Positions 1 through 10,521 of a stretch of 64,000 nucleotides of DNA are shown piece after piece. Source of the DNA: Acetatifactor sp. (lineage in GTDB: Bacteria; Bacillota; Clostridia; Lachnospirales; Lachnospiraceae); contig JAZQGM010000155.1 of assembly GCA_045540075.1 (NCBI GenBank), forward strand, positions 4,862-68,861. The letters run 5' to 3'. A program made the translations under genes and the position numbers. The notes below the pieces were generated by a model. The model was not told the DNA's origin, ran no database searches, and saw only the letters and a program-made list of their open reading frames with translations. Position 1 is the stretch's first letter. Every line of letters begins with the position of its first letter.

Positions 1-1010
1 TATGTAGACAAAAACACACCCAAAAGCACCGGAAGATAATTCTTCAAATGAGCACCGAATGCAGAGAATCCCACTACCGTCAGAATGGCACCCAACACCG
101 GTCCGGACAGATCACCCTTTACCAAAAGTACATAGGTAAGCGCCGCCATTCCCATACTTCCCATATTGATCAGCGTCGCCCCGTCACCGTTCATGATGGC
201 AAAATCCGCCACCGCACGTCCGGGATGACGCAAAATCTTGCGATACTGCTTCAAATCTCCTTTACAGCTGATCAACCCCAGCACAATGGCCAACAAGAAA
301 TACACATACATACCTACTGCAAGCGCCACCGGTCTTCCGGTTTTCCAGATAAATACTGACTCACATACCAAACCAAAGGACTTCAGCACACACACTACAA
401 CAAAAGCCAAAATCCCGCCAGAGAAGCCCACATTAAATAAATTATAACCCATATGCATGGATGCTGTATGCATAGACAACGGCGGCAGTATGAAACCCAC
501 AAATACCCCCAGAAGCACCGCACACACCAGATTTACCCCTCTATGAAAAGGCAGCAGATACACCATCTCTGTCACAAAAGGCGCCAGGCAGGTACCAAAC
601 AGGGCTGTATAAATATACCTGCTCATATGCGACCTGTGCAGCTTGGCATACAGCCACGTACCAAACAAAACCGGCAGAATATTCACCGGATTCTTCCCCC
701 ACAGCCCATATCCCGCATCAATAAACAGCGCCGCCATAGTAAGCCCCGTAAACGGAATCTTAAGCACCGCCACCAACAGGGTGGCTATCGTCAGGATCAA
801 TGCCGCATTCAAGAACCCTGCACCATATCCTCCCAACTCAAAATAGTCTGTGATCAACGCATCCCGGGAAAGCACGATAGCCACCATTCCACGCCCGATT
901 TCTGCAGGCGTTCCCGACACAAACGCCACCACATATAACAGGACTGCTGAAAAGATACTGAATACCTTCAGCTCCTTCCCTTCCACCCTGCTTCTTAACT
1001 TCTCAATCAT
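1..1010 (-). CDS. DUF1576-family polytopic membrane protein (3' end runs off the window)
   Basis: Not in the ORF track. Manual translation from ATG at 1010 gives MIEKLRSRVEGKELKVFSIFSAVLLYVVAF...SRDALITDYFELGGYGAGFLNAA; hydrophobic, with the LITDY...G motif I associate with DUF1576. Confidence 0.7.
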   Translation of the reverse strand, partial: MIEKLRSRVEGKELKVFSIFSAVLLYVVAFVSGTPAEIGRGMVAIVLSRDALITDYFELGGYGAGFLNAALILTIATLLVAVLKIPFTGLTMAALFIDAGYGLWGKNPVNILPVLFGTWLYAKLHRSHMSRYIYTALFGTCLAPFVTEMVYLLPFHRGVNLVCAVLLGVFVGFILPPLSMHTASMHMGYNLFNVGFSGGILAFVVVCVLKSFGLVCESVFIWKTGRPVALAVGMYVYFLLAIVLGLISCKGDLKQYRKILRHPGRAVADFAIMNGDGATLINMGSMGMAALTYVLLVKGDLSGPVLGAILTVVGFSAFGAHLKNYLPVLLGVFLST

Positions 1011-1194
1011 GAATGTCCCTCCTTAGGGTGATGTATAAGAGTATTGTAACAGAAAATGGGAATTGTGTACAGATGAAATCACAGAACAACCATGAAAGTT
1101 ATAAAACACATTCTCAATATGTTGAAAATCTGCTAAAAATTAACTATAATATGTTATAGCACTAGCATTATTATTTTATTTAAATCAATTAAAA

Positions 1195-1225
1195 CGCTCC
1201 TGAAATGTTAACCATCTCAGGAGCA
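1195..1225. terminator. Putative intrinsic terminator after the DUF4432 gene
   Basis: GCTCCTGA...TCAGGAGC hairpin with A/T flanks. Confidence 0.55.
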
Positions 1226-1238
1226 ATTTTACATAAAC

Positions 1239-2315
1239 CTAACGGATCTTCTCCTCCATCCCCTTCGTCTCCTCCGGCGACAGAATTCCCGTAGTAATAT
1301 GGTAAGTCACAGATTCACCCGTTGCCAGGTACTTCTCATACCCTTTTTCCTTACAATACAGGTATCCCATATGCTCAGCAGTGGCAGGCAGTACCATACC
1401 CAGCGCGTCCTCATCCTGTGTTCTGGAGATCCATCTGACACCAAAAGGAAGCTCTTCAGGGCGATGTTTTACATAGCAGGAATAGCCGTCCGGAAGTAGT
1501 TGCATGGTATGAGCATCCCCATTCTCATCTGCATCGTATTTACACGTAAATACGATCTCAGGGGCATAGGACTGGGTCTCTTTGTCAATCACGTCCATGA
1601 TGGAAGCATCCTTGTCCAATCTGTCAAGGTAATCATTGGTTTTCTTGGCCAGCTCTTCAGGATATCCTTCCGGCACCTCGTGATGGGCTTTGATATTCTC
1701 GTGCTTTGCCGTGTAGAGAAGTCTTGCCTGCTCCACAGGACGATAATTGATGTGGCACAGATAGAAGTACTCCAAAGGCAGATCCTTATTATTTTTAAAA
1801 GTAATGATCATGTCGATGGTTGAGGCATCCTCATACAATCTGCACTCAGGCATAAATTCATAGTTGTGCTCAAAAGCACGTTTGTGTCTGTAGACACCAC
1901 TCACGGATATGTATTTGCCCTTCTCATCCTCTCCGGTCAGAACGTAGGCCTCGGCATATTCTGCAATGGGAAGCTCGCCGTGAGGGATATGGGTGTCTTC
2001 TGCCGTAGGGTTGCCCATAGCTGTGAGACCACAGTGCATCAGGAAACAGCCATAGCTCTCTCCGTAGCTGTAAGTACACTTTAAAGGCTCGTCATAGATA
2101 GATTTCATCACCATATTATGCCCCAGAAACTCCATGTCCCAAATCATCTGGCCCATGAAAGGAAGCAGGGTCACATAACCTTTGCTGTTTTTCAATGTCA
2201 CCGCTTCGATTCCTGTGGAATATTTGAAAGTCGTAGCAGAAAGAGTTGCGTTTTCAATAATCGTCTTTTTTGCTTCAGAAAACTGTTGCTGGAATAAATT
2301 TACTTTTACCACCAT
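1239..2315 (-). CDS. DUF4432 / aldose 1-epimerase-like protein (DeoM-like mutarotase)
   Basis: 358 aa; LPFMGQMIWD, HCGL...GNP...HGE, HINY and LPATAE motifs. Confidence 0.7.
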   Translation of the reverse strand: MVVKVNLFQQQFSEAKKTIIENATLSATTFKYSTGIEAVTLKNSKGYVTLLPFMGQMIWDMEFLGHNMVMKSIYDEPLKCTYSYGESYGCFLMHCGLTAMGNPTAEDTHIPHGELPIAEYAEAYVLTGEDEKGKYISVSGVYRHKRAFEHNYEFMPECRLYEDASTIDMIITFKNNKDLPLEYFYLCHINYRPVEQARLLYTAKHENIKAHHEVPEGYPEELAKKTNDYLDRLDKDASIMDVIDKETQSYAPEIVFTCKYDADENGDAHTMQLLPDGYSCYVKHRPEELPFGVRWISRTQDEDALGMVLPATAEHMGYLYCKEKGYEKYLATGESVTYHITTGILSPEETKGMEEKIR

Positions 2316-2427
2316 GTTTTCGTCCTCCTCGTTTTACTTGCTACTTGTAGTATAATCTGTTCTGTGCATTTGTGCAAGTAATATTTAGATCTAAAATATG
2401 GAAATTTTGCTTGTGCAACAGCCTTTT

Positions 2428-3135
2428 TTACATTAATGCTTCCCAAAGTGCCTGCCCACAAATCTCCTTCGTGGCAATATCTTCATCATTACTACATACA
2501 GAAACATAATATTCTTGCCCCAGGACAAAGCTCTTGGCACTTACATCAGCAATCCTTTTACCGGATGCATCCTGTATTTGTCCTGTGGTGGCATCCACCG
2601 CAAATGACTCCAGGCTTTGGGACAACCCACAGCCCAGATACTTCAGATAACTTTCTTTTAACGTCCAGACTTCAGTAAACCGTCCGGCTCTTTCTGCATC
2701 ACTTTTGGCAGAAAAAATATATTCCTGCTCTTCTTTTGCGAAAAATCTTATGGTAAGCTTCTCGCAGTTGGTAAATTCCCGTATTTTCTCTACATCAACT
2801 CCAACCTTGGCATCTTTCACAGTGCCTGTCTCATCATAACTGTAGGCAACCACCACCCACTCACCGGAATGGGATATATTATACGCAAAATTCTCCAAAT
2901 CCTTTATAAACGGCTTCCCATGCTCATGATATTGGGTCACGATTTGCTCTGTGTAACCGCAGGCTTCCTTCAGACTAAAGCGCAGCAATGCTTCTGCCAG
3001 AATGCACCTTTTGGCATCCTCCGGACTATGATACCTCTCCGCTCTTAACTTTCTTTCCTCAGAGGCCCTTGCATAAACCTTCTTATAACACGATTCGTCT
3101 ACTTCCGATATGTTCAGACAATTCACATAAATCAT
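2428..3135 (-). CDS. Sfp-type 4'-phosphopantetheinyl transferase
   Basis: HGKP, NISHSG, VGVDVE and WTLKESYLK motifs. Confidence 0.9.
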   Translation of the reverse strand: MIYVNCLNISEVDESCYKKVYARASEERKLRAERYHSPEDAKRCILAEALLRFSLKEACGYTEQIVTQYHEHGKPFIKDLENFAYNISHSGEWVVVAYSYDETGTVKDAKVGVDVEKIREFTNCEKLTIRFFAKEEQEYIFSAKSDAERAGRFTEVWTLKESYLKYLGCGLSQSLESFAVDATTGQIQDASGKRIADVSAKSFVLGQEYYVSVCSNDEDIATKEICGQALWEALM

Positions 3136-4118
3136 ACATTTTCCCCTTCAAAAGGATACTTTACACCAATCTGCCTCCTGACACGGTCCATCAGTCTGAT
3201 GATAGAGATACTCTCACATAATGGAAGCACATCACTTTCCAACTTACCTGCCCTGATACAATTGCAGGCTTCCATGATCTCTTCTTCAAAGCCTTCACCC
3301 ATACCGGGTCTGACCAAATGCTCCTCTTTTCCGTCTATGGTAACAAATAACTCCTTTGCACCATAAAAACGGGGCAGGTATATGCGCCCTTTGGTTCCGT
3401 ATATGTAAGCCGATTCCGGTTTTTCCAGACTGATGGCCGAAGAGACCTCAGCAATGGCACCATTTGCATACTGCAGCAAAATCTTGGTATGACAATCCAC
3501 ATCATATTGGATCCAGGCATTGGCGTGAATCCTTTCAGGCTCCGCCCCTAAAAATAATGCCGCAAGATGCAGACCATACACTCCGACATCCAAAAGAGAC
3601 CCACCCGCCATATCATTTTGAAAAATCTTAGGTTCTTCCTCAGGTGTACATGCATAACAAAAATCCGCCGTCAGTCCCATAACCTCTCCGATGGCTCCAC
3701 TTGCCACAATTGCACAGGTCTCCTTTATGGCCGGCAGAAACCTGGTCCACATGGCTTCCATCAGGAATACACCATTCTCCCGGGCACACTTCTGCAATAC
3801 ATGCGCCTGCGCCTCATTGATGCACAGAGGCTTCTCACACAACACATGCTTCCCTGCTTTCAGAAATAGCTCCGCGCAGGGCATGTGAAAAGGATGGGGG
3901 GTGGCGATATACACTGCATCCACCTCATCGGATGCAGCCATGCCGGCATATCCGCTAAAAACCTTGGGAATACCGTATTTAGCGGCAAACTCACTGCCTT
4001 TTTCCAATGATCTGGCCGCTACTGCTGTAAGCTCGGCTCCCTCTACATTCTTTATTGCCACTGCGAATTTATTTGCAATATTTCCGGGACCCACGATTCC
4101 CCATCTAATCTTCTTCAT
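3132..4118 (-). CDS. Gfo/Idh/MocA family oxidoreductase
   Basis: WGIVGPGNIA, CEKP and GGSLLDVGVY motifs; start moved to MKKIRW after an AGGA RBS; overlaps the PPTase start. Confidence 0.9.
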   Translation of the reverse strand: MKKIRWGIVGPGNIANKFAVAIKNVEGAELTAVAARSLEKGSEFAAKYGIPKVFSGYAGMAASDEVDAVYIATPHPFHMPCAELFLKAGKHVLCEKPLCINEAQAHVLQKCARENGVFLMEAMWTRFLPAIKETCAIVASGAIGEVMGLTADFCYACTPEEEPKIFQNDMAGGSLLDVGVYGLHLAALFLGAEPERIHANAWIQYDVDCHTKILLQYANGAIAEVSSAISLEKPESAYIYGTKGRIYLPRFYGAKELFVTIDGKEEHLVRPGMGEGFEEEIMEACNCIRAGKLESDVLPLCESISIIRLMDRVRRQIGVKYPFEGENV

Positions 4119-4313
4119 AAACGTGTTTTCCTTTCTCAGTGCGAAACGGTGCAATATGCACCGCCTTCTCCTTTTATTATACACTCTTAGTCAAAAAATG
4201 GCAATACTCTATTTACCTTTTCCATGCAGTACCTTCAGATATGGTATTTCTGCCCCATTCACATTTTTCGACAAATTGCATACAATAAACCAAAAGCCCT
4301 ATAAGGTATTACC

Positions 4314-5219
4314 ATGTATTTATTTTTAACGATTGCTATACCATTCTTCCTACTGCTGATACTCTTAACTCACTTTCGTAAAAAGAGGATTATCCAAAAG
4401 GTCTGTGCCCTGGGTATGAGTGACAAATGTAAACTATTGGATGAACTGATGGAGCCTTTTGGTTACTGTTATGTCCCCTCGGAGGATATCTTCTCCACGC
4501 GGCTTGATGCCTGGCAGCGGGAGATGGGGTACTGTAAGCTTTATGATGATGCCGCTTATCATCTGCATATGATCTTTGACAGTCTGCCGGTGTATTTCGA
4601 TTATCGGGGGCGGACCTGGCTGATGGAATTCTGGAAGGGGCAGTATGGGATCAATACCGGTGCTGAGATCGGATTGTATTATGCTGACCGGATTTTGGAG
4701 AATGACGAGCTGGGGAAGACGTTGTTTCAGGCGGTGGAAGATAAGGATATGGCGAAAATGTCCTTCTCCCTTTTTAAAAATGATGAGAAGATTTCATATC
4801 TGACCGGCAGACACTGGTGGCTTACGGTGTTTCATGTGGGGTGCTTCTCCAAACCTCAGGATTTGTCCCTGCGTGCTTCAGTGACATTTCCCGATGGACA
4901 AATGGCGGAAAACTTTGTCAGGGGGCTTGCACGGGCAGGGTATTCCCACAGTGATATCTGCCGACAGTGCAATACGGTTACTTTCTCCTTTGTGACCTTC
5001 TGCGGAAGAAAGAAAGGACTGCTGCGCAATCTGAGAATTCGGTTTGCCATGTGGTCTAATTGGTTTTGGTGCAGAGTGTATTTGTTTATCACCAGACCGT
5101 TTCGGTTGTCGGCAGACCGCATACTGTACCTCTATTATTACTTGCCGTTTGCCTTCCGGCGGACCTTGCGTATACGAAGGTTTAAGAAGCGTAAGGCGAG
5201 AAAAGGTGGTGTCTCATGA
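4314..5219 (+). CDS. DUF4474 domain protein
   Basis: AWQREMGYCKLYD and WLMEFWKGQYGINTGAEIGLY motifs; N-terminal hydrophobic anchor. Confidence 0.75.
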   Translation: MYLFLTIAIPFFLLLILLTHFRKKRIIQKVCALGMSDKCKLLDELMEPFGYCYVPSEDIFSTRLDAWQREMGYCKLYDDAAYHLHMIFDSLPVYFDYRGRTWLMEFWKGQYGINTGAEIGLYYADRILENDELGKTLFQAVEDKDMAKMSFSLFKNDEKISYLTGRHWWLTVFHVGCFSKPQDLSLRASVTFPDGQMAENFVRGLARAGYSHSDICRQCNTVTFSFVTFCGRKKGLLRNLRIRFAMWSNWFWCRVYLFITRPFRLSADRILYLYYYLPFAFRRTLRIRRFKKRKARKGGVS

Positions 5220-6097
5220 GTTACGTTTCCAGACTACACAAAGCATTTGAGGGAGCCATAAGGCTCCCACTTAATCCATGCACCAAGTATGTGGTCTTTA
5301 GCGACTGCCACCGCGGCACCGGAAACGCTAATGATAATTTTCTGAAAAATCAAACCTTATATGTGGCGGCCCTACAGCATTATCTGCGCACAGGCTTTAC
5401 CTATATTGAATTGGGTGATGGGGATGAATTGTGGGAAAATCGCAGTATGGAGCAGATCATAGAGGCACACACTCCTGTATTTGAACTTCTTTCTCATTTT
5501 TATCGGCAGAAGCAATTGTATCTGCTATATGGCAATCATGATATGGTTAAAAAGGACAGTCACTTTCTTATGAAATGCTTCGAGAAGTATCCTTGTAGCT
5601 GTGGCAATCACACCCAACTGGCAAACAAGCCGCTGCTTTCAGATATTCAGGTGCATGAAGGATTGATCCTGGAGACCTCTACCACCCGAATTTGTCTCAC
5701 CCATGGGCATCAGGCAAGCCTGTTCAACTCCACCTTCTGGCGGCTGTCACGTTTTCTGGTCAGATATGTGTGGAAACCATTGGAACGTCTGGGTTTTTCT
5801 GACCCTACCAGCGCCGCCAAAAATTATAGTTCCAAGGAGAAAACGGAGAAGCATCTCCATCGTTTTGCCGAAAAAGAGGGAATTATACTGATTGCCGGGC
5901 ATACCCACCGCCCTCTTCTTTCCGAAACGGACCTGTTCTATTGTAACAGCGGAAGCAGCATCCATCCTTACAGTATCACCTGCCTGGAGATTGAGAATAC
6001 TCATATCAGCCTTGTAAAGTGGGCACTGGCTACAGGACCTGATATGCGACTGTACGTGTCCAGAGAAGTGCTGTCAGGACCCATTTCTTTTACTTAA
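5216..6097 (+). CDS. Calcineurin-like metallophosphoesterase
   Basis: SDCH, LGDGDE, GNHD, THGH and GHTH motifs; ATGA coupling to the upstream gene. Confidence 0.85.
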   Translation: MSYVSRLHKAFEGAIRLPLNPCTKYVVFSDCHRGTGNANDNFLKNQTLYVAALQHYLRTGFTYIELGDGDELWENRSMEQIIEAHTPVFELLSHFYRQKQLYLLYGNHDMVKKDSHFLMKCFEKYPCSCGNHTQLANKPLLSDIQVHEGLILETSTTRICLTHGHQASLFNSTFWRLSRFLVRYVWKPLERLGFSDPTSAAKNYSSKEKTEKHLHRFAEKEGIILIAGHTHRPLLSETDLFYCNSGSSIHPYSITCLEIENTHISLVKWALATGPDMRLYVSREVLSGPISFT

Positions 6098-6116
6098 CAA
6101 TGATACCCTTTCAACA

Positions 6117-7370
6117 CTAATGAGCAGATGTATCCACCACTTGGTCCTCTGTCTTGGAGTACATGATCCTTTGAGACCGATACAATCCAAAATAACCGGA
6201 AAGCATGTAGCTGACTGCAATAGTAACCAGGAAGTAAGGCATTCCCTCAAACCCAAACAATTCAAAAGCGATCAACAGCGAAGTCAAAGGGCTGTTGGTC
6301 ACACCGCAGAACAAGCCCACCATGCCGCAGGCTGCCACCAGGCTCACCGGCAATCCAAACAAAGGCGCCACGGCACATCCAAAGGCTGCGCCGATGCAGA
6401 AGGAAGGCACGATTTCTCCTCCCTTAAATCCCGCCCCAAGGGTCAAAGCCGTAAAAATCATCTTCAGCAAAAAGGTATACCACTCTGTATTGCCCTCATG
6501 AAAAATATGTTCAATGATCCCCATTCCGGAGCCCAGATAAAAGTCTGTCCGCAGGACAATTGACAGCAATACAACCATACATCCTGCCACAGCGATACGC
6601 AGGTAAGGATTGCGAAAATATTTTTCATACAGATGCTCTGCCGTGTGCAGAATTACACAGAATATGATACTGACCACGGCCACCATTGCGGCAAAAGCTG
6701 CCACCTTAATAAATTCCCAGGGATCCATAGCCTGCACCCCTGTCACTGGAAACACCTCCGGTGGCACCCTAAAATATTGGGCTACAAAATGACCGATCAA
6801 GGCCCCGGTCACGCAGGGTACCAGCGCAGCATAGTGCATGACGCCTACACGCACTACCTCCATGGAAAAGACTGCTGCCGCCATAGGCGTGCCGAAAAGC
6901 GCTGAGAATCCGGCACTCATACCACACATAATGATCACATGCCGGTCATCTTCGTTCAGCTTCATCACCTTGCCCAACCTGTTGGCTATACTTCCGCCAA
7001 TCTGGAGCGCTGCCCCTTCCCGGCCGGCTGAGCCTCCACACAAGTGAGTAAGCACTGTGGACACAAAGATCAGAGGCATCATACGAAAAGGAATGTCCGT
7101 GGACGACTGGATGGACGTGATCACCATATTCGTTCCCTTGTCGTCTTCATCCTTGAAGAATCTGTATAGGAACACAATTACCAGACCTGCCACCGGCAGC
7201 CCCAACACAATCAGTGAATTCTGAGCCCGGAAATTTTTCGCAAAGATCAAGGCATGTCCAAACAGAGAACAGACCGTTCCTACAATCAGACCTACCATCG
7301 TACCAATCACAAGCCATTTGATCAATATTTTCACAGAATAAAATCCTTTGCGGAAGCAATTCTTTTGCAT
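6117..7370 (-). CDS. ClC chloride/fluoride channel family protein
   Basis: GGSAGREG and GGEIVP motifs; multiple TM helices. Confidence 0.9.
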   Translation of the reverse strand: MQKNCFRKGFYSVKILIKWLVIGTMVGLIVGTVCSLFGHALIFAKNFRAQNSLIVLGLPVAGLVIVFLYRFFKDEDDKGTNMVITSIQSSTDIPFRMMPLIFVSTVLTHLCGGSAGREGAALQIGGSIANRLGKVMKLNEDDRHVIIMCGMSAGFSALFGTPMAAAVFSMEVVRVGVMHYAALVPCVTGALIGHFVAQYFRVPPEVFPVTGVQAMDPWEFIKVAAFAAMVAVVSIIFCVILHTAEHLYEKYFRNPYLRIAVAGCMVVLLSIVLRTDFYLGSGMGIIEHIFHEGNTEWYTFLLKMIFTALTLGAGFKGGEIVPSFCIGAAFGCAVAPLFGLPVSLVAACGMVGLFCGVTNSPLTSLLIAFELFGFEGMPYFLVTIAVSYMLSGYFGLYRSQRIMYSKTEDQVVDTSAH

Positions 7371-7567
7371 ATTCTTCTCCTACCAATCTTTTTATCCACA
7401 TTTTAGGTTTCTACATTATTGCATACTTTTTTATATTCGTCAACTTTTTTAAAAATGTAATATTTTACTTGCTATTTGAATATAATATTGATATAATTAA
7501 CATGAAAGTAATTTACTTGAAAGTTAATTACTTATAAGTTAGCTATTCCCAAGAGAGGAGATACCCC

Positions 7568-8971
7568 ATGTTTTTAGGAAGAGAGAAAGAACTAAAGGAA
7601 CTAAAAAGTCTTTATGACCAGAATTGTTTTCAGCTTTTTGTACTGTATGGTCGCAGGCGTGTTGGCAAGACCTCTTTGCTAAGAGAATTTTGCAAGGATA
7701 AAAAGTCCATTTTTTTTGCTGCCGAGCAGAGTAATGAGAAGTTGAACCTAGAGAAGTTCTCCACCCTTGTTTTTCAATATTATAATGAAAGCACATTAGA
7801 GCCTTTTACCTCTTGGGAGAATGCTCTGCTGTATATTGACAACAGGCAGTTGGAGGAGCCTCTGGTGTTGGTTTTTGATGAATTTCCTTATCTGGCCAAT
7901 ATTAATCCTACCATTCTTTCTGTGCTGCAGCATTTGATCGACCACAAGCTACAGTTCGGTAAGCTCTTTCTGATATTATGTGGCAGTTATATGGGCTTTA
8001 TGGAGAAGGAGGTTCTGGGATCTAAGAGTCCGCTGTTTGGCCGCAGAACAGCGCAATTACACATGAAACCTTTTGATTACCGTACAAGCATTCAATTTGT
8101 GGATGGTTTTTCTGATGAAGAGAAGCTGATGCTTTATGGCGCATTTGGTGGTACTGCCATGTATCTTAAGCAGATACAGTCCTCAAAGAGCCTGAAGGAA
8201 AATATACTGCACAACTTCCTGAATCCTATGGGGTATCTATATGAGGAGCCTTTGCTGCTGCTTAGACAGGAAGTACAAGAGCCCGGTGTATACTGTGCCA
8301 TCATTGAGGCAATTGCAGGCGGTGCATCCAAGTCCAATGAAATCGCTACCAAGACAGGGGAGGAGGCTGCCAAGTGTTTAAAATATATTAAGACACTGCA
8401 GGAACTTGGTATTGTAGAGAAAGAGACTCCTTTCGGGGAGAAGGACTCCTCCAGACGTACCCTTTATGCCCTTTCTGACTTTATGTTCCGGTTCTGGTAC
8501 AGGTATGTGTCCGGGAACCGTTCCCTGTTGGAGATGAATGCCGGAGAAATTGTGTGGAAGCGTAAAATAGAGAGCGATTACAGTCATTACATGGGACTGG
8601 TGTTTGAGCGTGCCTGCCGTGATTATTTACTTTATCAGAACAGTCTGGGAAATCTGCCAATCTTGTTTACAGAATCCGGAAGATGGTGGGGAAGTAATTC
8701 TCAGTCCAAGGATCATGAGCAGGTGGAGATCGACCTTGTAGCCAGGGATGGAAGGGATTACCTGATCTGCGAGTGCAAATGGCGAAATGAACCCTTAGAG
8801 TATTCGGTACTTTCTTCCCTTCGCAGAAAAGCTGATATTATGAACCACAATAGAGAACATACCTGGTTTGTATTATTTTCAAAGTCAGGGTTTAGCAGTG
8901 CTATTATGGAGGCTGCCAGACAGGAGGACGATGTGATACTGGTGTCTTTGCAGGATATGCTAAATACCTAG
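7568..8971 (+). CDS. Archaeal-type AAA ATPase with C-terminal DUF234 / PD-(D/E)xK-like domain
   Basis: FLGREKEL, GRRRVGKT (Walker A), FDEF (Walker B), SPLFGRRT and EIDLV...ECKW. Confidence 0.85.
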   Translation: MFLGREKELKELKSLYDQNCFQLFVLYGRRRVGKTSLLREFCKDKKSIFFAAEQSNEKLNLEKFSTLVFQYYNESTLEPFTSWENALLYIDNRQLEEPLVLVFDEFPYLANINPTILSVLQHLIDHKLQFGKLFLILCGSYMGFMEKEVLGSKSPLFGRRTAQLHMKPFDYRTSIQFVDGFSDEEKLMLYGAFGGTAMYLKQIQSSKSLKENILHNFLNPMGYLYEEPLLLLRQEVQEPGVYCAIIEAIAGGASKSNEIATKTGEEAAKCLKYIKTLQELGIVEKETPFGEKDSSRRTLYALSDFMFRFWYRYVSGNRSLLEMNAGEIVWKRKIESDYSHYMGLVFERACRDYLLYQNSLGNLPILFTESGRWWGSNSQSKDHEQVEIDLVARDGRDYLICECKWRNEPLEYSVLSSLRRKADIMNHNREHTWFVLFSKSGFSSAIMEAARQEDDVILVSLQDMLNT

Positions 8972-8974
8972 TGT

Positions 8975-9817
8975 TTACACCGAGTATTCATACTCAAACG
9001 CTGCGTTCCCCACTTCACACGCAAAGATAGTCCTCCCACTATCCACCAGCTGATAATAGGCTCTGCAGGATGCCGTTTCATGTATGGTACGGGACATATT
9101 GCCCCGGGAAGGTGCCGCAAGGGGGTGCCCCTTCTTTTCCAGCCGTCTGACAGTCAATTGCCGGCGTCCCTGTCGTATCACCACCTCCCCATCATGAATG
9201 CGCACTGCCCTTGCACCCAGATAGGTAGCCAGGCGATACTCTCTTCCCTGCCAGTGGATGGCGCAGATCACTCCGGTAAAGTGCACCCCTCCAAATGGAA
9301 TATCTGCCACGGAAAGCATCAGCGCCCCCTCCGGAAGGGTACATTGCGTCCACACATACTGCTTCGGAAAGGAAGTTCCCCGATCTCCCTCCATGTATCC
9401 AACACCTTTATAAAATTGATAAGGGACACCATCAACCTCCAGACTTCCGTTTACCCTGTGGTGCATACTAAATACACTATGCCTACACTCCATAAAAGGC
9501 ACATACTTAAAAGGACCCATAATATCATACGAAAGAGGCGTAAAAGGCCCGAAAGAAAGGGTGCCCACCACACTCACCGGCTCATGAAGATTAAGACGGA
9601 TTCCATCCTTCCCAAAATAATTTTCCCCAATCTCCACACCCTTTTTTCTCTGTCGATACGCACTATAGGGAAACGTGATATTCCAGGAATGATCATCTGT
9701 TATTACCTGTATGGAGCAGGTTCTCTGCCCATCTGTAATATGATATGCCGGAATCACCGCCAAGGTCTGAGCAGCATTCTGACATTTAAAATACCAGCCA
9801 CAAAAAGAATCTTTCAT
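8975..9817 (-). CDS. Tocopherol cyclase-like protein
   Basis: FCGWYFK, DIMGPF...MECRH and GYMEGDRGTSFP motifs. Confidence 0.65.
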   Translation of the reverse strand: MKDSFCGWYFKCQNAAQTLAVIPAYHITDGQRTCSIQVITDDHSWNITFPYSAYRQRKKGVEIGENYFGKDGIRLNLHEPVSVVGTLSFGPFTPLSYDIMGPFKYVPFMECRHSVFSMHHRVNGSLEVDGVPYQFYKGVGYMEGDRGTSFPKQYVWTQCTLPEGALMLSVADIPFGGVHFTGVICAIHWQGREYRLATYLGARAVRIHDGEVVIRQGRRQLTVRRLEKKGHPLAAPSRGNMSRTIHETASCRAYYQLVDSGRTIFACEVGNAAFEYEYSV

Positions 9818-9930
9818 AGGGGGTCTCCTCTGTCATGCATTTTGCGAAACACCATTAGTATGCAAAATTTAAAGGTACCTCATACTCATTTTGTCATAAT
9901 ATAATAATAAGTATTAAATTGGAGTTTTCT

Positions 9931-10413
9931 ATGAAAGAAGTGGCTTACGACAGACAGGCAGCGGTATCTTACGCCCGCAGGTGGGCTTTAGACCGCAACC
10001 CTGCTTTTTACAATTTTGACCAAATCGGAGGTGACTGCACAAACTTTGCCTCCCAAAGTATCCACGCAGGAGCAAAGATCATGAACTATACGCCGGTCAT
10101 GGGTTGGTATTATCGTTCCTCCTACGATCGAAGTCCATCCTGGACAGGTGTTGGTTATTTTTACAATTTTCTCATAAACAATAAGTCCGTAGGGCCCTAC
10201 GCACGTGTGGTCTCACAGCGAGAAGCCCAGCCCGGCGACATCGTGCAGCTTGGAACCAATGATGGCCGCTTTTATCATTCACCGGTGATCACTGCCGTCA
10301 CACCTGAGATTCTGGTAGCAGCTCATACAGACGATGCACTGGACAGACCATTGTCTTCCTACGTGTATGACCAGGCGCGCTTTTTGCATATTGATGGGGT
10401 GCGGGTCTGGTAG
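9931..10413 (+). CDS. Amidase_6 family putative amidase
   Basis: YDRQAAVSYARRWA, GGDCTNFASQ and AAHT motifs. Confidence 0.8.
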   Translation: MKEVAYDRQAAVSYARRWALDRNPAFYNFDQIGGDCTNFASQSIHAGAKIMNYTPVMGWYYRSSYDRSPSWTGVGYFYNFLINNKSVGPYARVVSQREAQPGDIVQLGTNDGRFYHSPVITAVTPEILVAAHTDDALDRPLSSYVYDQARFLHIDGVRVW

Positions 10414-10453
10414 TCAACCCGGGATTGTTCTAAAAGATGCCATTTATAAACAT

Positions 10454-10492
10454 GAAAGGCGCCGCTATCAATCAAGCGGCGCCACCTTTCTT
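10454..10492. terminator. Bidirectional terminator between the convergent amidase and trpB genes
   Basis: GGCGCCGC...GCGGCGCC stem with A/T flanks. Confidence 0.65.
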
Positions 10493-10521
10493 TACAGCTG
10501 TCTTAACCAGCTGATCCTATT

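Noticed and set aside
48-938. Plus-strand ORFs at the window start
   Set aside because: They are antisense to the DUF1576-like gene on the minus strand.
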